Of a stretch of DNA of 64,000 nt, positions 39,900 to 51,092 are shown piece after piece. Source of the DNA: an uncultured Aquimarina sp. GTDB taxonomy: Bacteria > Bacteroidota > Bacteroidia > Flavobacteriales > Flavobacteriaceae. The stretch spans positions 128,060 through 192,059 of the forward strand of contig CANMMM010000006.1 in NCBI GenBank assembly GCA_947498935.1. Direction: 5' to 3'. The notes under the pieces are model-generated. The model saw nothing but the letters and a program-made list of their open reading frames with translations. It did no database searches and was not told where the DNA came from. Every line of letters starts with the position of its first letter. The stretch's first letter is position 1. The position numbers and the translations under genes are program-made.

Positions 39900-40661
39900 T
39901 TACATACCAGTTGTTTTCCATAATTTAAAGGCCATAAAGCATACCATAATCAATAAAGCGATTTTTACGATTTTTTCACCTTGCTGTACTGCCCATCTAC
40001 TACCTATCCAACCACCAGCAGCATTGCCTATAGCTAATGCAATACCATAAAGATAATTGAGCTGATCATTATATGCAAAAACAGCGAGTGCTCCTATCGT
40101 ATAAATTCCAACTACTACAGCTTTGATGGCATTAGCTGTTAACAAATTAGTATGATTAATCGTAGTTAGTGCTAGCAGAATCAGGATACCCACACCAGCT
40201 TGTATAAAACCACCATAGATACCAATACCAAAAAATACCACTATCGAAAGCCATCGGTATTTTCCATGTGTTCGGATAGCTGTTTCCAAATTCGTTTTTT
40301 TAGGTTTAAAGACCATAAATAGAACAATACCTAGCATGATCACAGCGAGTATTTTATTAAATAATGCTCCTTTGATCGTGATAGCGATCTTAGCGCCAAT
40401 GAGCGAGCCTATCAGTGCTGAAATACCTATGTAGATACTAAAAACAGTAGGAGTAATCCCTTTGCTCTTAAATCCCGAAATCGAGGTAATACTCTGTAGT
40501 AAAATACCGATTCTGTTTGTACCATTTGCAACCGCTGGGGGGACTCCCATAAAAATAAGCATGGGTAGTGTAAGTAATGATCCTCCACCAGCAATCGTAT
40601 TGATAATGCCAGCTACACATCCGATAACTGCTAATAGGGGTAGTGCTAAATATTCGTTCAT
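39900..40661 (-). CDS. TauE/SafE-family sulfite/anion exporter
   Basis: 253 aa with about 8 TM helices. Motifs GGGSLLTLPMLIF and VANGTNR. Confidence 0.8.
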   Translation of the reverse strand: MNEYLALPLLAVIGCVAGIINTIAGGGSLLTLPMLIFMGVPPAVANGTNRIGILLQSITSISGFKSKGITPTVFSIYIGISALIGSLIGAKIAITIKGALFNKILAVIMLGIVLFMVFKPKKTNLETAIRTHGKYRWLSIVVFFGIGIYGGFIQAGVGILILLALTTINHTNLLTANAIKAVVVGIYTIGALAVFAYNDQLNYLYGIALAIGNAAGGWIGSRWAVQQGEKIVKIALLIMVCFMAFKLWKTTGM

Positions 40662-42511
40662 TAGTATATGTTATAGGATCAAAAATACAGTGTTTTTTTG
40701 GATTTGAGATTTGTTTAATTCTCAAAAACTATCGTAGATTTACTATATCAACCAAAATAAGACACACCATCAAGACATTACATAAAATATTCCCCATTTT
40801 AGAGAGTACAAAGGGATATACTGCCTCTATTTTTAGAGCAGATTTAATCGCTGGTATTACAGTAGGTGTGGTATTAATTCCACAAGCTATCGCCTATGCT
40901 TTATTGATGGGTACACCACCCATTTATGGATTATATGCCTGTGTAATCCCCTTGATCCTGTATGCTATTTTTGGAACTTCTAGACAATTGAGTATTGGTC
41001 CTGTAGCGGTAACAGCTATTTTGGTGATGAGTGGTGTCAGTCAATTAGCAGCTCCTTTTACACCAGAGTTTACAAATTTGGTCATATTTAGTGGTTTATT
41101 AATCGGTATTTTACAAATCATCCTGAGCGTACTACGAATGGGTTTTTTAGTAAATCTGATTTCTCAGCCTGTTATTTCAGGCTTCATTTCTGCAGCAGCC
41201 ATTGTCATTATTGTTTCGCAATTAGGAGCTTCACTAGGCATTCAAATCCCTAGGTTTCCGTATACACATCAAAAATTAGGGTATGCCATACAACATCTCG
41301 CAGATATTCATTGGATTACCTTTTTGATTTGTAGCAGTTCTATAGCAGCCATGCTAGGACTCAAAAAATGGAAACGCTCTTTTCCTGGAGCACTATTTGT
41401 ATTAGTCATCACTACGATATTGACCATCGTATTTGATCTAAAATCATATGGAGTGGCAGTTATAGAAGATGTACCAGGTGGATTACCCGCTTTTGAAATC
41501 CCCACAATGAGCTATGATACGATGGTAGCATTGATTCCATCGGTACTCACAGTTACGTTTATAGGATATGTAGGGAGTATAGGTATTGCCAAGTCCTTGG
41601 AGATGAAAAATAGAGACCATGAAATTCGCCCGAATCAAGAATTATTAGCATTAGGAATTGCTAAAATCATCGGAGCATTTTTTCAGGCGCCTCCTTCATC
41701 GGGGAGTTATAGCCGATCTGCTATTAATGATGAAGCAGGAGGGAAGACAGCCATATCTTCGATCATTACGGTATGCATGGTTATGATTTCATTACTATTT
41801 CTAACCTCTTTCTTTTATTATATTCCTAAGGCCGTATTGGCAGCCACTATTTTAGTATCAGTATTTGGGTTAATCAATTATAGCGAAGCCAAGTACTTAC
41901 TAAAATTAAGAAGAAGAGAATTTATCGTTATGTTAATCACTTTTATAGGTACACTAGTATTTGGGGTAGAAAGAGGTATTTTTATAGGCGTGATCCTATC
42001 GTATATATTCTTGCAATATTACAGTTCTAGACCCCATGTAGCAGAATTGGTGAATATCCCTAATACAGAATATTACCGAAATATCAATCGATTTCCAGAA
42101 GCCAAACAATCAGAAGATTACTTAATCATTCGATTCGATGATCAACTATATTTTGCGAATACAAGTTATTTTAAGGATACGATTTTACAACACATACAAC
42201 AGCGAGGTACACCACCTAGATTTCTGATCTTAGTCACTACTAATATCCATGATATAGACAGTACGGCATTACATGTATTAGAAGACCTACATCAGTATTT
42301 AGAGGATTCTAAAATTCAATTATTGATCACGGGTACGATAGGCCCTGTACGTGATTTTCTAAAAAGGTCAGGTTTTACCGATAGATTGGGTACAATGCAT
42401 TATTTTATGAACATTGCAGACGCAGTAAATTTTGTAGAAAACGACACCTCTACAAAACATACTTTCGAACCCGCTATTCAATACAATAAAAAGCGCTCCT
42501 TTTTAGATTAA
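40643..42511 (+). CDS. SulP-family anion transporter with a C-terminal STAS domain; start codon uncertain
   Basis: FPILESTKGY...RADLIAGITVGVVLIPQAIAYA..., many TM helices and a STAS-like tail (IIRFDDQLYFAN). The only in-frame canonical start I found is GTG at 40643, which overlaps the divergent TauE gene by 19 nt. Confidence 0.8.
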   Translation: MLNIRSLVYVIGSKIQCFFGFEICLILKNYRRFTISTKIRHTIKTLHKIFPILESTKGYTASIFRADLIAGITVGVVLIPQAIAYALLMGTPPIYGLYACVIPLILYAIFGTSRQLSIGPVAVTAILVMSGVSQLAAPFTPEFTNLVIFSGLLIGILQIILSVLRMGFLVNLISQPVISGFISAAAIVIIVSQLGASLGIQIPRFPYTHQKLGYAIQHLADIHWITFLICSSSIAAMLGLKKWKRSFPGALFVLVITTILTIVFDLKSYGVAVIEDVPGGLPAFEIPTMSYDTMVALIPSVLTVTFIGYVGSIGIAKSLEMKNRDHEIRPNQELLALGIAKIIGAFFQAPPSSGSYSRSAINDEAGGKTAISSIITVCMVMISLLFLTSFFYYIPKAVLAATILVSVFGLINYSEAKYLLKLRRREFIVMLITFIGTLVFGVERGIFIGVILSYIFLQYYSSRPHVAELVNIPNTEYYRNINRFPEAKQSEDYLIIRFDDQLYFANTSYFKDTILQHIQQRGTPPRFLILVTTNIHDIDSTALHVLEDLHQYLEDSKIQLLITGTIGPVRDFLKRSGFTDRLGTMHYFMNIADAVNFVENDTSTKHTFEPAIQYNKKRSFLD

Positions 42512-43479
42512 TTCAGTTTTTTCGGTTGGTATTCATGTGTTTTGATCCCCATACCATAATTGATATGATTACCTTTGATTAAGTTATTTCCTTCGCTGTA
42601 CTCCTTGTCAAATCGCAGCCATGTTCGATTTTTAAAAAATATCCTACGCGTAAATGTTTGCGGGTGCGCTATCTTATTAGTAAAGGGTAATAATGGTCTA
42701 AAAGTAGTCGATACTTTTACAATTCCCTTTCGAGTCGCTACTTCGTGGTATTTTTTGGTATGTTGTAATTTACCCGCAGCATCCGTATACCCCAGTACTT
42801 GTATCGCTATAAAGATTCCTTCTTCGGGGATAAACACTTTGCGCTCTGTAATATCGAGTTCGAAATTGGATTTATCTTTATTAGTAATTCTAAAAATAAT
42901 AGCATCACCAGGCAATCGTTTACCCGGATACCCTTTTTCGTTTTTATAGAACTGCATTTTAAAGAGCGTAGAAAAAGATTGCTTTTTTCCAGAACCTTTC
43001 TTGCTTTCCATCATTACAGGTAGCGTTACATGAGTAATTTTGATAGGGTGAGTAGCTTTTTTATCAAAAAACACTGCAATTTCAGATTCTACCGTAGGCA
43101 ACCAACATCTAAAATAATCATTGTGTATGATGGGATTCTTTTTACGCTTTTTATAAGGACCCAAATTTTCACTTGTAATCACTACCTCCTGTAACTCATC
43201 AATATGCTGTATAAGTCGAATAGTTGCAGGTAGTGCCGATGTACTTAACGCTGTTTCTTTATATCCTAATGCAGAGATGTATAAAGAGTCTATATCTTTG
43301 TATAATTTTTTAGGAAATTTAAACAGCCCATCAGCATCTGCAAAAATACCATTACCATTACCAAAAGAAATGGTAGCATATGCGATTCCTCTTTGACCTG
43401 ATGCATCTACAATCGTATGTGCTTGCGAAAAAAGGCAATAAGGGGCTAAGACTATGAATAACCATTTGATATGATTCAT
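42508..43479 (-). CDS. Carboxypeptidase-regulatory-like domain protein (hypothetical, secreted)
   Basis: Signal peptide followed by IVDASGQRGIAYATISFGNGNGIFADADGLFKF, a CarboxypepD_reg-like beta sandwich. Confidence 0.55.
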   Translation of the reverse strand: MNHIKWLFIVLAPYCLFSQAHTIVDASGQRGIAYATISFGNGNGIFADADGLFKFPKKLYKDIDSLYISALGYKETALSTSALPATIRLIQHIDELQEVVITSENLGPYKKRKKNPIIHNDYFRCWLPTVESEIAVFFDKKATHPIKITHVTLPVMMESKKGSGKKQSFSTLFKMQFYKNEKGYPGKRLPGDAIIFRITNKDKSNFELDITERKVFIPEEGIFIAIQVLGYTDAAGKLQHTKKYHEVATRKGIVKVSTTFRPLLPFTNKIAHPQTFTRRIFFKNRTWLRFDKEYSEGNNLIKGNHINYGMGIKTHEYQPKKLN

Positions 43480-43554
43480 AAGGATAAGAAAATGGGGATT
43501 TTTAAAACTTTAAAATAGAAAAAAATTATGATATAGCATGATTTTTATAACAAT

Positions 43555-43679
43555 GAAGTGATTTAAACTTTTTTGATTTCAGCGAACATCGTAAGATTTT
43601 GTGATCAAATGAAGTGATTTTTTTGTTGCATAGCAGCGCTACGGAACTCAAAAATCACAAAATTTGGGGGCACCACTTC
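43555..43679. repeat. MITE-like repeat, shortened copy
   Basis: gaagtgatttaaacttttttgatttcagcgaacatcg...gttgcatagcagcgctacggaactcaaaaatcac...caccacttc. Confidence 0.8.
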
Positions 43680-43893
43680 AATCTATATTACTTCATTGCC
43701 ATAATAGAACGTTATGCTGTACATAGAAGTATATTTTTTCTTATTTTTCCATTGATTTTTAGACAATCTATGCGTATAATTCATCTAAAATATCAAATCA
43801 ATATCGTATAGATTAGTGACTAACTAACGAATTCATAATACAGGCTTTATGTTATAATAATACCTGAAACCAACAGAAACTCGAAATTTGAAT

Positions 43894-45012
43894 ATGCAAA
43901 CAAGTACTACTTTTTCGATTCCAGAGATGCACGAAAGCTTTAGTATTAATAAGATATCTTATACTAAAGAAAGCTTGCAAAAACTTGCTTTTAAGTATCA
44001 ACAAGAAGGAGAAGTATACCAGCAAGAGATCGGTAGTTTTTTACTAGAGTGGCTTGATGATAAGGATCATGTGATTGTACAGACATCAGGCTCCACAGGC
44101 ACTCCTAAGAAAATCAAGGTTTTAAAAACGCATATGATCAATAGTGCAAAAGCTACAGGAAAATTCTTTAAACTAGAGGCAGGCACTACTGCATTAGTAT
44201 GCCTTTCTGCTGCTTTTATTGCTGGTAAAATGATGCTTGTACGCGCGATGGTACTAGGTTGGAAAATTGAGTGTGTACCCCCTAAAATCAATCCACTAGA
44301 TGCGGTGTACAAACACTATGATTTCTGTGCCATGGTACCACTACAATTAGACAATTCAATCAATAGATTACATCTCATCAAAAAACTAATTGTCGGAGGA
44401 GGCAGTATTTCAGAAAATTTAAGAGCATTGCTACAAGGTATCCAAACTAAAGTATATGAAACCTATGGAATGACCGAAACAGTAACACATATTGCCGCCA
44501 GAAGGGTCAATCCAAAGAAAAAAGAAAAAAAAGAAGCCCCTTTTTTTAAAGCATTGCCCAATATCACATTACAGCAAGACGAACGCAATTGTTTAGTCAT
44601 CAAAGCACCACTAGTCAGTACTGAAACTATCGTAACAAATGATATTGTAGCATTAAAAACCTATAAAAAGTTCCATTGGAAAGGTCGGTTCGATAACGTG
44701 ATCAACAGTGGAGGGATCAAACTCTATCCCGAAGAAATAGAAACCAAACTACAAGTACTCATTGCGCATCGTTTTTTTATTAGTAGTGTTCCCGATGATG
44801 CCCTTGGCGAAAAAGTAGTACTGATCCTAGAAGACCACTATGATCCAGCTACACTTAGCGCATTACAGAATAACATGCAGCAGCTACAAACACTCTCTAA
44901 ATACGAAAGACCCAAAGCGATGTATTGCATTCCACAATTTCTAGAAACAGGTAGTGGCAAGGTACAACGTACTAAAACACTCGCCTTAGCACTAGAAACT
45001 CATACAGGATAA
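43894..45012 (+). CDS. AMP-dependent synthetase/ligase (short MenE-like acyl-CoA ligase)
   Basis: QTSGSTGTPKK, YETYGMTETVTH and a C-terminal GKVQR. The ATG at 43894 is preferred over the TTG at 43888. Confidence 0.75.
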   Translation: MQTSTTFSIPEMHESFSINKISYTKESLQKLAFKYQQEGEVYQQEIGSFLLEWLDDKDHVIVQTSGSTGTPKKIKVLKTHMINSAKATGKFFKLEAGTTALVCLSAAFIAGKMMLVRAMVLGWKIECVPPKINPLDAVYKHYDFCAMVPLQLDNSINRLHLIKKLIVGGGSISENLRALLQGIQTKVYETYGMTETVTHIAARRVNPKKKEKKEAPFFKALPNITLQQDERNCLVIKAPLVSTETIVTNDIVALKTYKKFHWKGRFDNVINSGGIKLYPEEIETKLQVLIAHRFFISSVPDDALGEKVVLILEDHYDPATLSALQNNMQQLQTLSKYERPKAMYCIPQFLETGSGKVQRTKTLALALETHTG

Positions 45013-45050
45013 TATACACTTCTAATATATTTTTAGCTTCTAGACAATAT

Positions 45051-45078
45051 ATAGCCCGACCCTTGTGTGGTAACGCCC
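45051..45078 (-). repeat. REP-like element, truncated copy (R6)
   Basis: atagcccgacccttgtgtggtaacgccc retains only the 5' conserved end. It lies 33 nt downstream of the miaE stop, in sense orientation. Confidence 0.7.
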
Positions 45079-45110
45079 TAAATAATACAAACGAATTGAG
45101 CAGTAAAAAA

Positions 45111-45692
45111 CTACCCGTGAATGGTTTCTTGATTGCCTAAACCTCTCATGATTTCAGCTTCGTACGTAAGGAGAGCTTGCCATTTTTCGTCTACTTCTGC
45201 GCGTTCTCCATATTGGCGTGCAAAATTGAGGAACATGGTATAATGATTTGCTTCGCTGACCATGAGATCTCGGTAGAATTTAGCGAGTTCAGGGTCTTGC
45301 AGTTCCTCCGACAGTAATTTAAAACGTTCGCAGCTTCTGGCTTCAATCAATGCGGCATACAGTAATCGGTGTACGAGTTGTGTGGTTCTGCTACCGCCTT
45401 TTGGAAAAAATTTTACCAACTGGAGTACGTAATCATCTTTGCGATCTCTACCGAGGATAAATCCTCTTTCTAGGATTTTGTCATGCACCATTTTGAAATG
45501 GCTGATTTCTTCTTTGACCAATTTGGTCATTTCTTGTACCAACTCCGTATATTCTGGAAAACTCACAATCAAGGAAATCGCTGTAGAGGTCGCTTTTTGC
45601 TCGCAATAGGCATGATCCGTCAGGATTTCTTCTATATTTTTTTCTACAATATTCACCCATCTTGGGTCTGTGGGAAGTTTTAAACCTAGCAT
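45111..45692 (-). CDS. miaE: tRNA-(ms2io6A)-hydroxylase MiaE
   Basis: MLGLKLPTDPRWVNIVEKNIEEILTDHAYCEQKA and a second EARSCERF diiron motif. 193 aa. Confidence 0.85.
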   Translation of the reverse strand: MLGLKLPTDPRWVNIVEKNIEEILTDHAYCEQKATSTAISLIVSFPEYTELVQEMTKLVKEEISHFKMVHDKILERGFILGRDRKDDYVLQLVKFFPKGGSRTTQLVHRLLYAALIEARSCERFKLLSEELQDPELAKFYRDLMVSEANHYTMFLNFARQYGERAEVDEKWQALLTYEAEIMRGLGNQETIHG

Positions 45693-45752
45693 ATCTATTC
45701 TTCTATGGTACCAAATTAAGGATGTAAAATTACTATTTTGAAAATGATTATA

Positions 45753-47879
45753 CTAATTAACTTCAGCAGCTTCTTTATCGAGTATGGCTAGGGCTACTTT
45801 AATTGTTCCGTAATCCATGGCTTGCTCAAAATGCTCGAAATAAGGTCTTAGTGTATCAGGATTATCGAGTGTTTTCTTAGCTTCCTTCACGGCTGATAGA
45901 TCTTCTTTATTAACCAGTTTTTTTAAATTGACGGCTTCTCCTATGTCATAGCACTTGATCAAGTGCGAAAAAATCGTGGAAATGGCGAGTTCCCTTTTGG
46001 TAGCGATTTCTTCTATTGTCCAACCACTCGCATACAAGGCTAGGGTTTCTTTATGAGAACCATTTTTACTCTTTTTAGCTCTCTTTTTTTTCGTTTTTTC
46101 GGCAGAAAAATCGATAATCGCTTTGATAAAATCAGCTCCGTAATCCTGCATTTTCTGCCTTCCGACTCCGCTGATTTGCAAGAATTCTTCGTCGCTCATC
46201 GGGCGTGCTTTTTCCATTTCTTTTAGCGTAGCATCACTAAATATCTGATAGGCAGGGATACCTGCTTCTTTAGATAGTGCTAATCGTAATTCGCGCAATT
46301 TGGCAAATAAAGTATTCTTTTTAGTCGTAGTTATTGGGTCTACTTTTACCTCTTTTATTTTTTCGAATTCTGCTAAGTTTGCCAAGCTTACCTTTTCGCC
46401 TTCAAAAAGGACTTTTCGAGACAGTTCGGTGAGTCGTAATTTATTTTTTTCATGAAAAGCGATCTCTAAATATCCCTGATTGATCAGTTGGATCATGTAT
46501 TGCTGCCAATCTTTCCACGATATATCTTTCGCAATTCCATAGGTTTTGAGTTTCTGGTACTCATGATCAAAAACCGTCGCATTTTGGGCACCTCTCAGAA
46601 TATCAATGATCGTTCCCATGGTGGCGTCTTGCTTGGCTCGGGTTACACAGGACAGCGCTTTCTGAGCGATGACCGTTCCATCGATAAAACTAGGCGGATT
46701 GGTACATACATCGCAATTACCACAGTCTTCTTCTACCAATTCTCCAAAATAACTGAGTAGTATTTTTCGTCGACAACTCAGGGAATCGGCATATTGCTTC
46801 ATCCGATCCAATTTGGCTATTTGTACCTCTTTATTACCAGACATATCTGCAAATTTTTGCAGTTGTACGACATCGGCATAGCTATGAAATAATAAAGTAG
46901 AAGAGGGCAGTCCATCACGTCCTGCACGTCCAATTTCTTGGTAATACCCTTCTATATTTTTAGGTAGGTTATAATGAATTACCCATCGGACATTGGATTT
47001 ATCGATTCCCATCCCAAAAGCGATGGTGGCACAGACAATCTGTATGGTATCATTGATAAATTCATCTTGTACCCGTGCTCTTTTTTCATGATCGATCCCT
47101 GCGTGATAAGCGGCAGCATTAAATCCCTGCTGCTGTAATTTATCTGCTAGTTGCTCAGTGGCTTTTCGGCTTAGGCAATAGATAATCCCACAATCATTGG
47201 GCTTATCATTCAGGAAACTGATAATCTGTTCGATACGTTTATTACCAGGGCGCACCTCTAGCTTTAGGTTCGGCCTGTCGAAAGAGGCTAAAAATTGCTT
47301 CGCATGTGGGATACTCAATTGATTGCAGATATCCTGTCGTGTCGCTTTATCAGCAGTAGCCGTCAGTGCCACTACAGGTACTTGTGGGAATCGCTTCTTT
47401 AGATACCCTAGTTGCGTATAAGCGGGTCTAAAATCATGCCCCCATGCAGAAATACAGTGCGCTTCATCTACTGCAATTAAACTAATGGTAATCTGCGGTA
47501 GAATACCATCTAGCATGCTTAAACTTTCGGGGGCTACGTATAGCAATTTGATTTTTTGTTGGATCAGTCGATCATAGATGTCTTGTTGTTCTTCCTCTAC
47601 CTGGCTACTATTTACAAATGCTGCAGGGATACCATTGGCCAATAGGCCATCTACCTGATCTTTCATTAAGGCAATCAGTGGCGATATCACTAAGGTAACT
47701 CCGGGTAATACCAGTGCAGGTAGTTGATAACAAATGGATTTTCCTCCTCCAGTAGGCATAATGACTAAGCTGTCATTGCCTGCTAGCAGCGTATCGATAA
47801 TATCTTGCTGTAACGGGCGAAAGCTATCGTACCCAAAGTATTCTTTTAACGTTTGTACTATTTGTGATTGTTCTGGCAT
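45753..47879 (-). CDS. recQ: ATP-dependent DNA helicase RecQ
   Basis: 708 aa. [32 protein letters not shown], zinc-binding CxxxxCGNCDVC, and a C-terminal HRDC-like region. Confidence 0.95.
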   Translation of the reverse strand: MPEQSQIVQTLKEYFGYDSFRPLQQDIIDTLLAGNDSLVIMPTGGGKSICYQLPALVLPGVTLVISPLIALMKDQVDGLLANGIPAAFVNSSQVEEEQQDIYDRLIQQKIKLLYVAPESLSMLDGILPQITISLIAVDEAHCISAWGHDFRPAYTQLGYLKKRFPQVPVVALTATADKATRQDICNQLSIPHAKQFLASFDRPNLKLEVRPGNKRIEQIISFLNDKPNDCGIIYCLSRKATEQLADKLQQQGFNAAAYHAGIDHEKRARVQDEFINDTIQIVCATIAFGMGIDKSNVRWVIHYNLPKNIEGYYQEIGRAGRDGLPSSTLLFHSYADVVQLQKFADMSGNKEVQIAKLDRMKQYADSLSCRRKILLSYFGELVEEDCGNCDVCTNPPSFIDGTVIAQKALSCVTRAKQDATMGTIIDILRGAQNATVFDHEYQKLKTYGIAKDISWKDWQQYMIQLINQGYLEIAFHEKNKLRLTELSRKVLFEGEKVSLANLAEFEKIKEVKVDPITTTKKNTLFAKLRELRLALSKEAGIPAYQIFSDATLKEMEKARPMSDEEFLQISGVGRQKMQDYGADFIKAIIDFSAEKTKKKRAKKSKNGSHKETLALYASGWTIEEIATKRELAISTIFSHLIKCYDIGEAVNLKKLVNKEDLSAVKEAKKTLDNPDTLRPYFEHFEQAMDYGTIKVALAILDKEAAEVN

Positions 47880-47946
47880 AATGAATATAAAACGACTGTG
47901 GATGTCAAAAATATAAAATACCCTTGGGTAAATCTTAGAACTCCTT

Positions 47947-50007
47947 TCAATTTTTTGAATTCAGTAAGCTTTCTTTATAACTTAATAGTTGTTTTTTCTT
48001 GGTAAAATAGCCTTTAGACACCAATCGCGCATAGGTGTGTAGGGCGGTAAACAAGATTTCTAAATGTTCGTTATGATACTTTTCCCCTTCGAAATAATGT
48101 AGACTTTTCGCAGTATAAGATTCTAAATTGGTTTGGATAGTCGGTGTTATTTCATCGGCATACTGCGAGTCTTCTAATAGTTCTGTAATGTATGTTTTCA
48201 AAAGATTTTCCTTAGGAATCAAAGCCCTGAAATTAGCCCGTATCGTATCAAAGGGAGTGGTATTGGCTATAAATTCTAGTTGTACATATATGTCATTATA
48301 GATGCCTATTTGCTGCTCATAGACAGCATCATGGGCAAACAAATTGGTGTATAAGGTTTGTAGTTGTGGAGATGTCGTGGTCTGCTGTTCGAGTTGGTAA
48401 AAGTAGTGATAGATAGCTAGATCATTCGCCTTAATACGTTCCTGTACATCCGTCAATTCTTTGGCTAAAGTTTCAGATAGAGACAGTGCAGCTGTATACT
48501 TGTATTTTGTACCGTCGTAATCAAAGGATTTAATCGCTAGCTCTTTATTAGCAATTTGTTTCAAGATCGCAATATCATTTTCTAATGCATTGGCGGTATA
48601 AATCCATGTATTCTTTTCTGTAGAAAATAAATCTTCAAAACTATCGGATGTTACAACAGGAGTGAGTGCTGAAGGATCAAAATGTATGGGGGTTTTAATA
48701 TCGTAATAGCCATTAAACACTTTGGCAAAGGTTTCGCTTTTAAAATCGGCAACAAATCCTTCTCTAAACGCTTCAAATGACAGTGGAGTAGGGGTTTCGC
48801 TATACTGTACATTGGTAAATAGCTGTTGGGTCATCCGTTCTTCTAATTGGTCGTACGTATTGAATAATGCACTTGCCAATCGAGGTGTTGTAGTAGTTTC
48901 AGCTACCTGCATCTTCTCTAAACGTGCAATACGTTCTTGTACACTAGGATGTGATGCCCACTGATCTCTAATTACTAGTTTAGAAGTGTTATATCGGTCT
49001 ATATACGCTGTATCTACCGCTGGCAATTCAGCCACCATGGGCAGCTGATCTTCTGTAGCAAAAAAATGCATCACAAAACGCTGTTCTTTAAATACATTTG
49101 TACTGATCGTATTTGCAGCCATAGAGGGATCATAAAAATTCAGCGTAGCGTTAAACGAATGATCCGCCAGATTCATACGCAGTAGTGCAGATCGTAGCGG
49201 CTTGGTTCCTGTTACATGCGCTGCGATTTCATCTGCATGGAATTCCATTTCTCTAGATAAACTCAGGTAGCTCCTATTCATAAAGCCGTATAACTGTAGA
49301 AATATCCATTGGATCATTTCGATAATTTTTACTGCAATAACTACAAAAATTCCAAAATACCCACTCGCATTTGCCCACTGCTGTAATAGCTGATCATACG
49401 ATTCATTATCGTGCAGCATATTATAAATAATTTGGTTTGCATGATACACATAACTACCCACCTTCATGGTACGCTGACTGAAATGTCCAAATTCATGAGC
49501 TAAAATAGCTTTTAGTTCTTCTTCATGAATCGTATTGACCAATCCCAATCCTATGACTAGATTTTTCTGCACAGGCAGAAACATACTCCAAAAACTAGCA
49601 TCGTAAAATACAGACGCATTGACCTCTGGCGAGATGTATATTTTTTTAGGAAAAGATGTGCCCACCTCAGATACGATCTGTCGAATCGTCGCATAGAGTT
49701 CGGGTTGTTCTTGTTCGGTTAGTTCCGTGAGGTGCGAACGATCAATTGTTGTTTTCTTAAACAAGAATTTTACTACAAAAATGAGTATAAAAATCCCTAA
49801 ACTAGCCAATCCTATACCAAGTGCGATGGTAAAAAAACGAGGTACTTCTACAATTAGTAAAATACCTGCATAGATACACGCGATGGTAAGTAACACTGCA
49901 AATAAGAGAATACATAGATATACAATGATAAACACAGCAATAGCAGTAATGGCTTTGGTGGTTTGCATTTTAAAATCCTGTGATAATTGTACGTCATTTT
50001 TGATCAT
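47947..50007 (-). CDS. M48-family membrane zinc metallopeptidase with a large C-terminal extension
   Basis: N-terminal TM helices followed by the [10 protein letters not shown] HExxH motif. 686 aa. Confidence 0.8.
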   Translation of the reverse strand: MIKNDVQLSQDFKMQTTKAITAIAVFIIVYLCILLFAVLLTIACIYAGILLIVEVPRFFTIALGIGLASLGIFILIFVVKFLFKKTTIDRSHLTELTEQEQPELYATIRQIVSEVGTSFPKKIYISPEVNASVFYDASFWSMFLPVQKNLVIGLGLVNTIHEEELKAILAHEFGHFSQRTMKVGSYVYHANQIIYNMLHDNESYDQLLQQWANASGYFGIFVVIAVKIIEMIQWIFLQLYGFMNRSYLSLSREMEFHADEIAAHVTGTKPLRSALLRMNLADHSFNATLNFYDPSMAANTISTNVFKEQRFVMHFFATEDQLPMVAELPAVDTAYIDRYNTSKLVIRDQWASHPSVQERIARLEKMQVAETTTTPRLASALFNTYDQLEERMTQQLFTNVQYSETPTPLSFEAFREGFVADFKSETFAKVFNGYYDIKTPIHFDPSALTPVVTSDSFEDLFSTEKNTWIYTANALENDIAILKQIANKELAIKSFDYDGTKYKYTAALSLSETLAKELTDVQERIKANDLAIYHYFYQLEQQTTTSPQLQTLYTNLFAHDAVYEQQIGIYNDIYVQLEFIANTTPFDTIRANFRALIPKENLLKTYITELLEDSQYADEITPTIQTNLESYTAKSLHYFEGEKYHNEHLEILFTALHTYARLVSKGYFTKKKQLLSYKESLLNSKN

Positions 50008-50262
50008 AATACACTTTTATAGTTACGGAACTCGTATATAAGTGTCAGATCACAGTGAAATGTTACCTCTAAATTGTCATAAATTTGTAATTATCTGTAA
50101 AAAAGGCAGTAAAATCACCTAAAAATGAAGAGGATAACATCAAAGTAGTTTCAATGTTATGAACGTTGTATACCCATTTTGATTTCTCCAACATCGAAAA
50201 TTCTATGGACAAAAGCAGTCCTGTTTTAATGCTACGTTGTCATCTTGCGTGTAGTATTTTTT

Positions 50263-50352
50263 GCGTTAGGGATTGCAGTGAAAATCCCACAGCTACGACC
50301 ATAGGAGTAGCGAGGAATTGTAACGAAAAGCCCGACCCTTGTGGTAACGCCC
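50263..50352 (-). repeat. REP-like element, subtype B (copy R7, inverted)
   Basis: gcgttagggattgcagtgaaaatcccacag...gcgaggaattgtaacgaaaagcccgacccttgtggtaacgcc. It lies 35 nt downstream of the dnaX stop, in sense orientation. Confidence 0.85.
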
Positions 50353-50386
50353 TAAGATTAATCGAAATAAAAAGTGAAGAGGTGTA

Positions 50387-51092
50387 CTATATATCCAAAT
50401 CAAAAAACGAACGTAACTTATCGATCAATGGATTTTTTTCTTTTAGTTTTTCGTATTTGTCTTGTGTGGTAAAGGCATATTTTTTAGAAACCTCTTCATT
50501 AACCGTAATTTCTAGCGTAATATCATAATTCTCTAGTTTCCTATATAGATACTGTAATAATCCAGCCTGAGCCGATTCTAAATCTACCTTCATCGATTGA
50601 TTAGGCAGTTCTAAAAGAATGGTATTGCCTTCGGTATTCGGAATATTCATCGCGAACATCGATCCAATGATACGTTCTCCTTTTTTATCCTGCATCTTAC
50701 CATATTCGATCCATGCCGCACGTAATGCTTCTTCTGTAAATGGTTTTCTAGGTAAGTTCGTAGGATCAATCACCTGTTCTACCTTACTCTCTTCGTGTTC
50801 CTTTTTCTTTTTAATACTACTCAGCGAGAAACCAGATACACGTTTATTCCCTACATTTTTAATATCTAGCTTAGGTGCTTTTGGAGTCGGTGGAGTAGGA
50901 GGTACTTCCGCTGGCGGAGGTGTCGTATTCGTATCTTCAGGCGTTGCTATTGCTGTGCCGGGAGTTGCTACTGTAGGTGGCGGTGTACTAGACGTCGTGT
51001 CTGTAGCTGTTGCAGGGGTTTTGGCAATCGGTTGTGTCCCTTTGCTCCTAAAAAAGCTAGGAGGGATTATGTAAGGCTGCCCTTTTTTTTTT
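50387..51092 (-). CDS. dnaX: dnaX tau-specific C-terminal region, readable only in the -1 frame relative to the N-terminal ORF
   Basis: Own translation of the -1 frame from the A-run: KKKGQPYIIPPSFFRSKGTQPIAKTPATATDTTSSTPPPTVATPG...PKAPKLDIKNVGNKRVSGFSLSSIKKKKEHEE...VIDPTNLPRKPFTEE...FFDLDI*. The frame is open from 51100 down to the stop at 50387. Confidence 0.65.

Noticed and set aside
50619-51074. 151-aa Gly/Val-rich ORF on the plus strand.
   Set aside because: It is the antisense reading of the Pro/Thr-rich tau linker of dnaX, so the composition is a mirror artefact.
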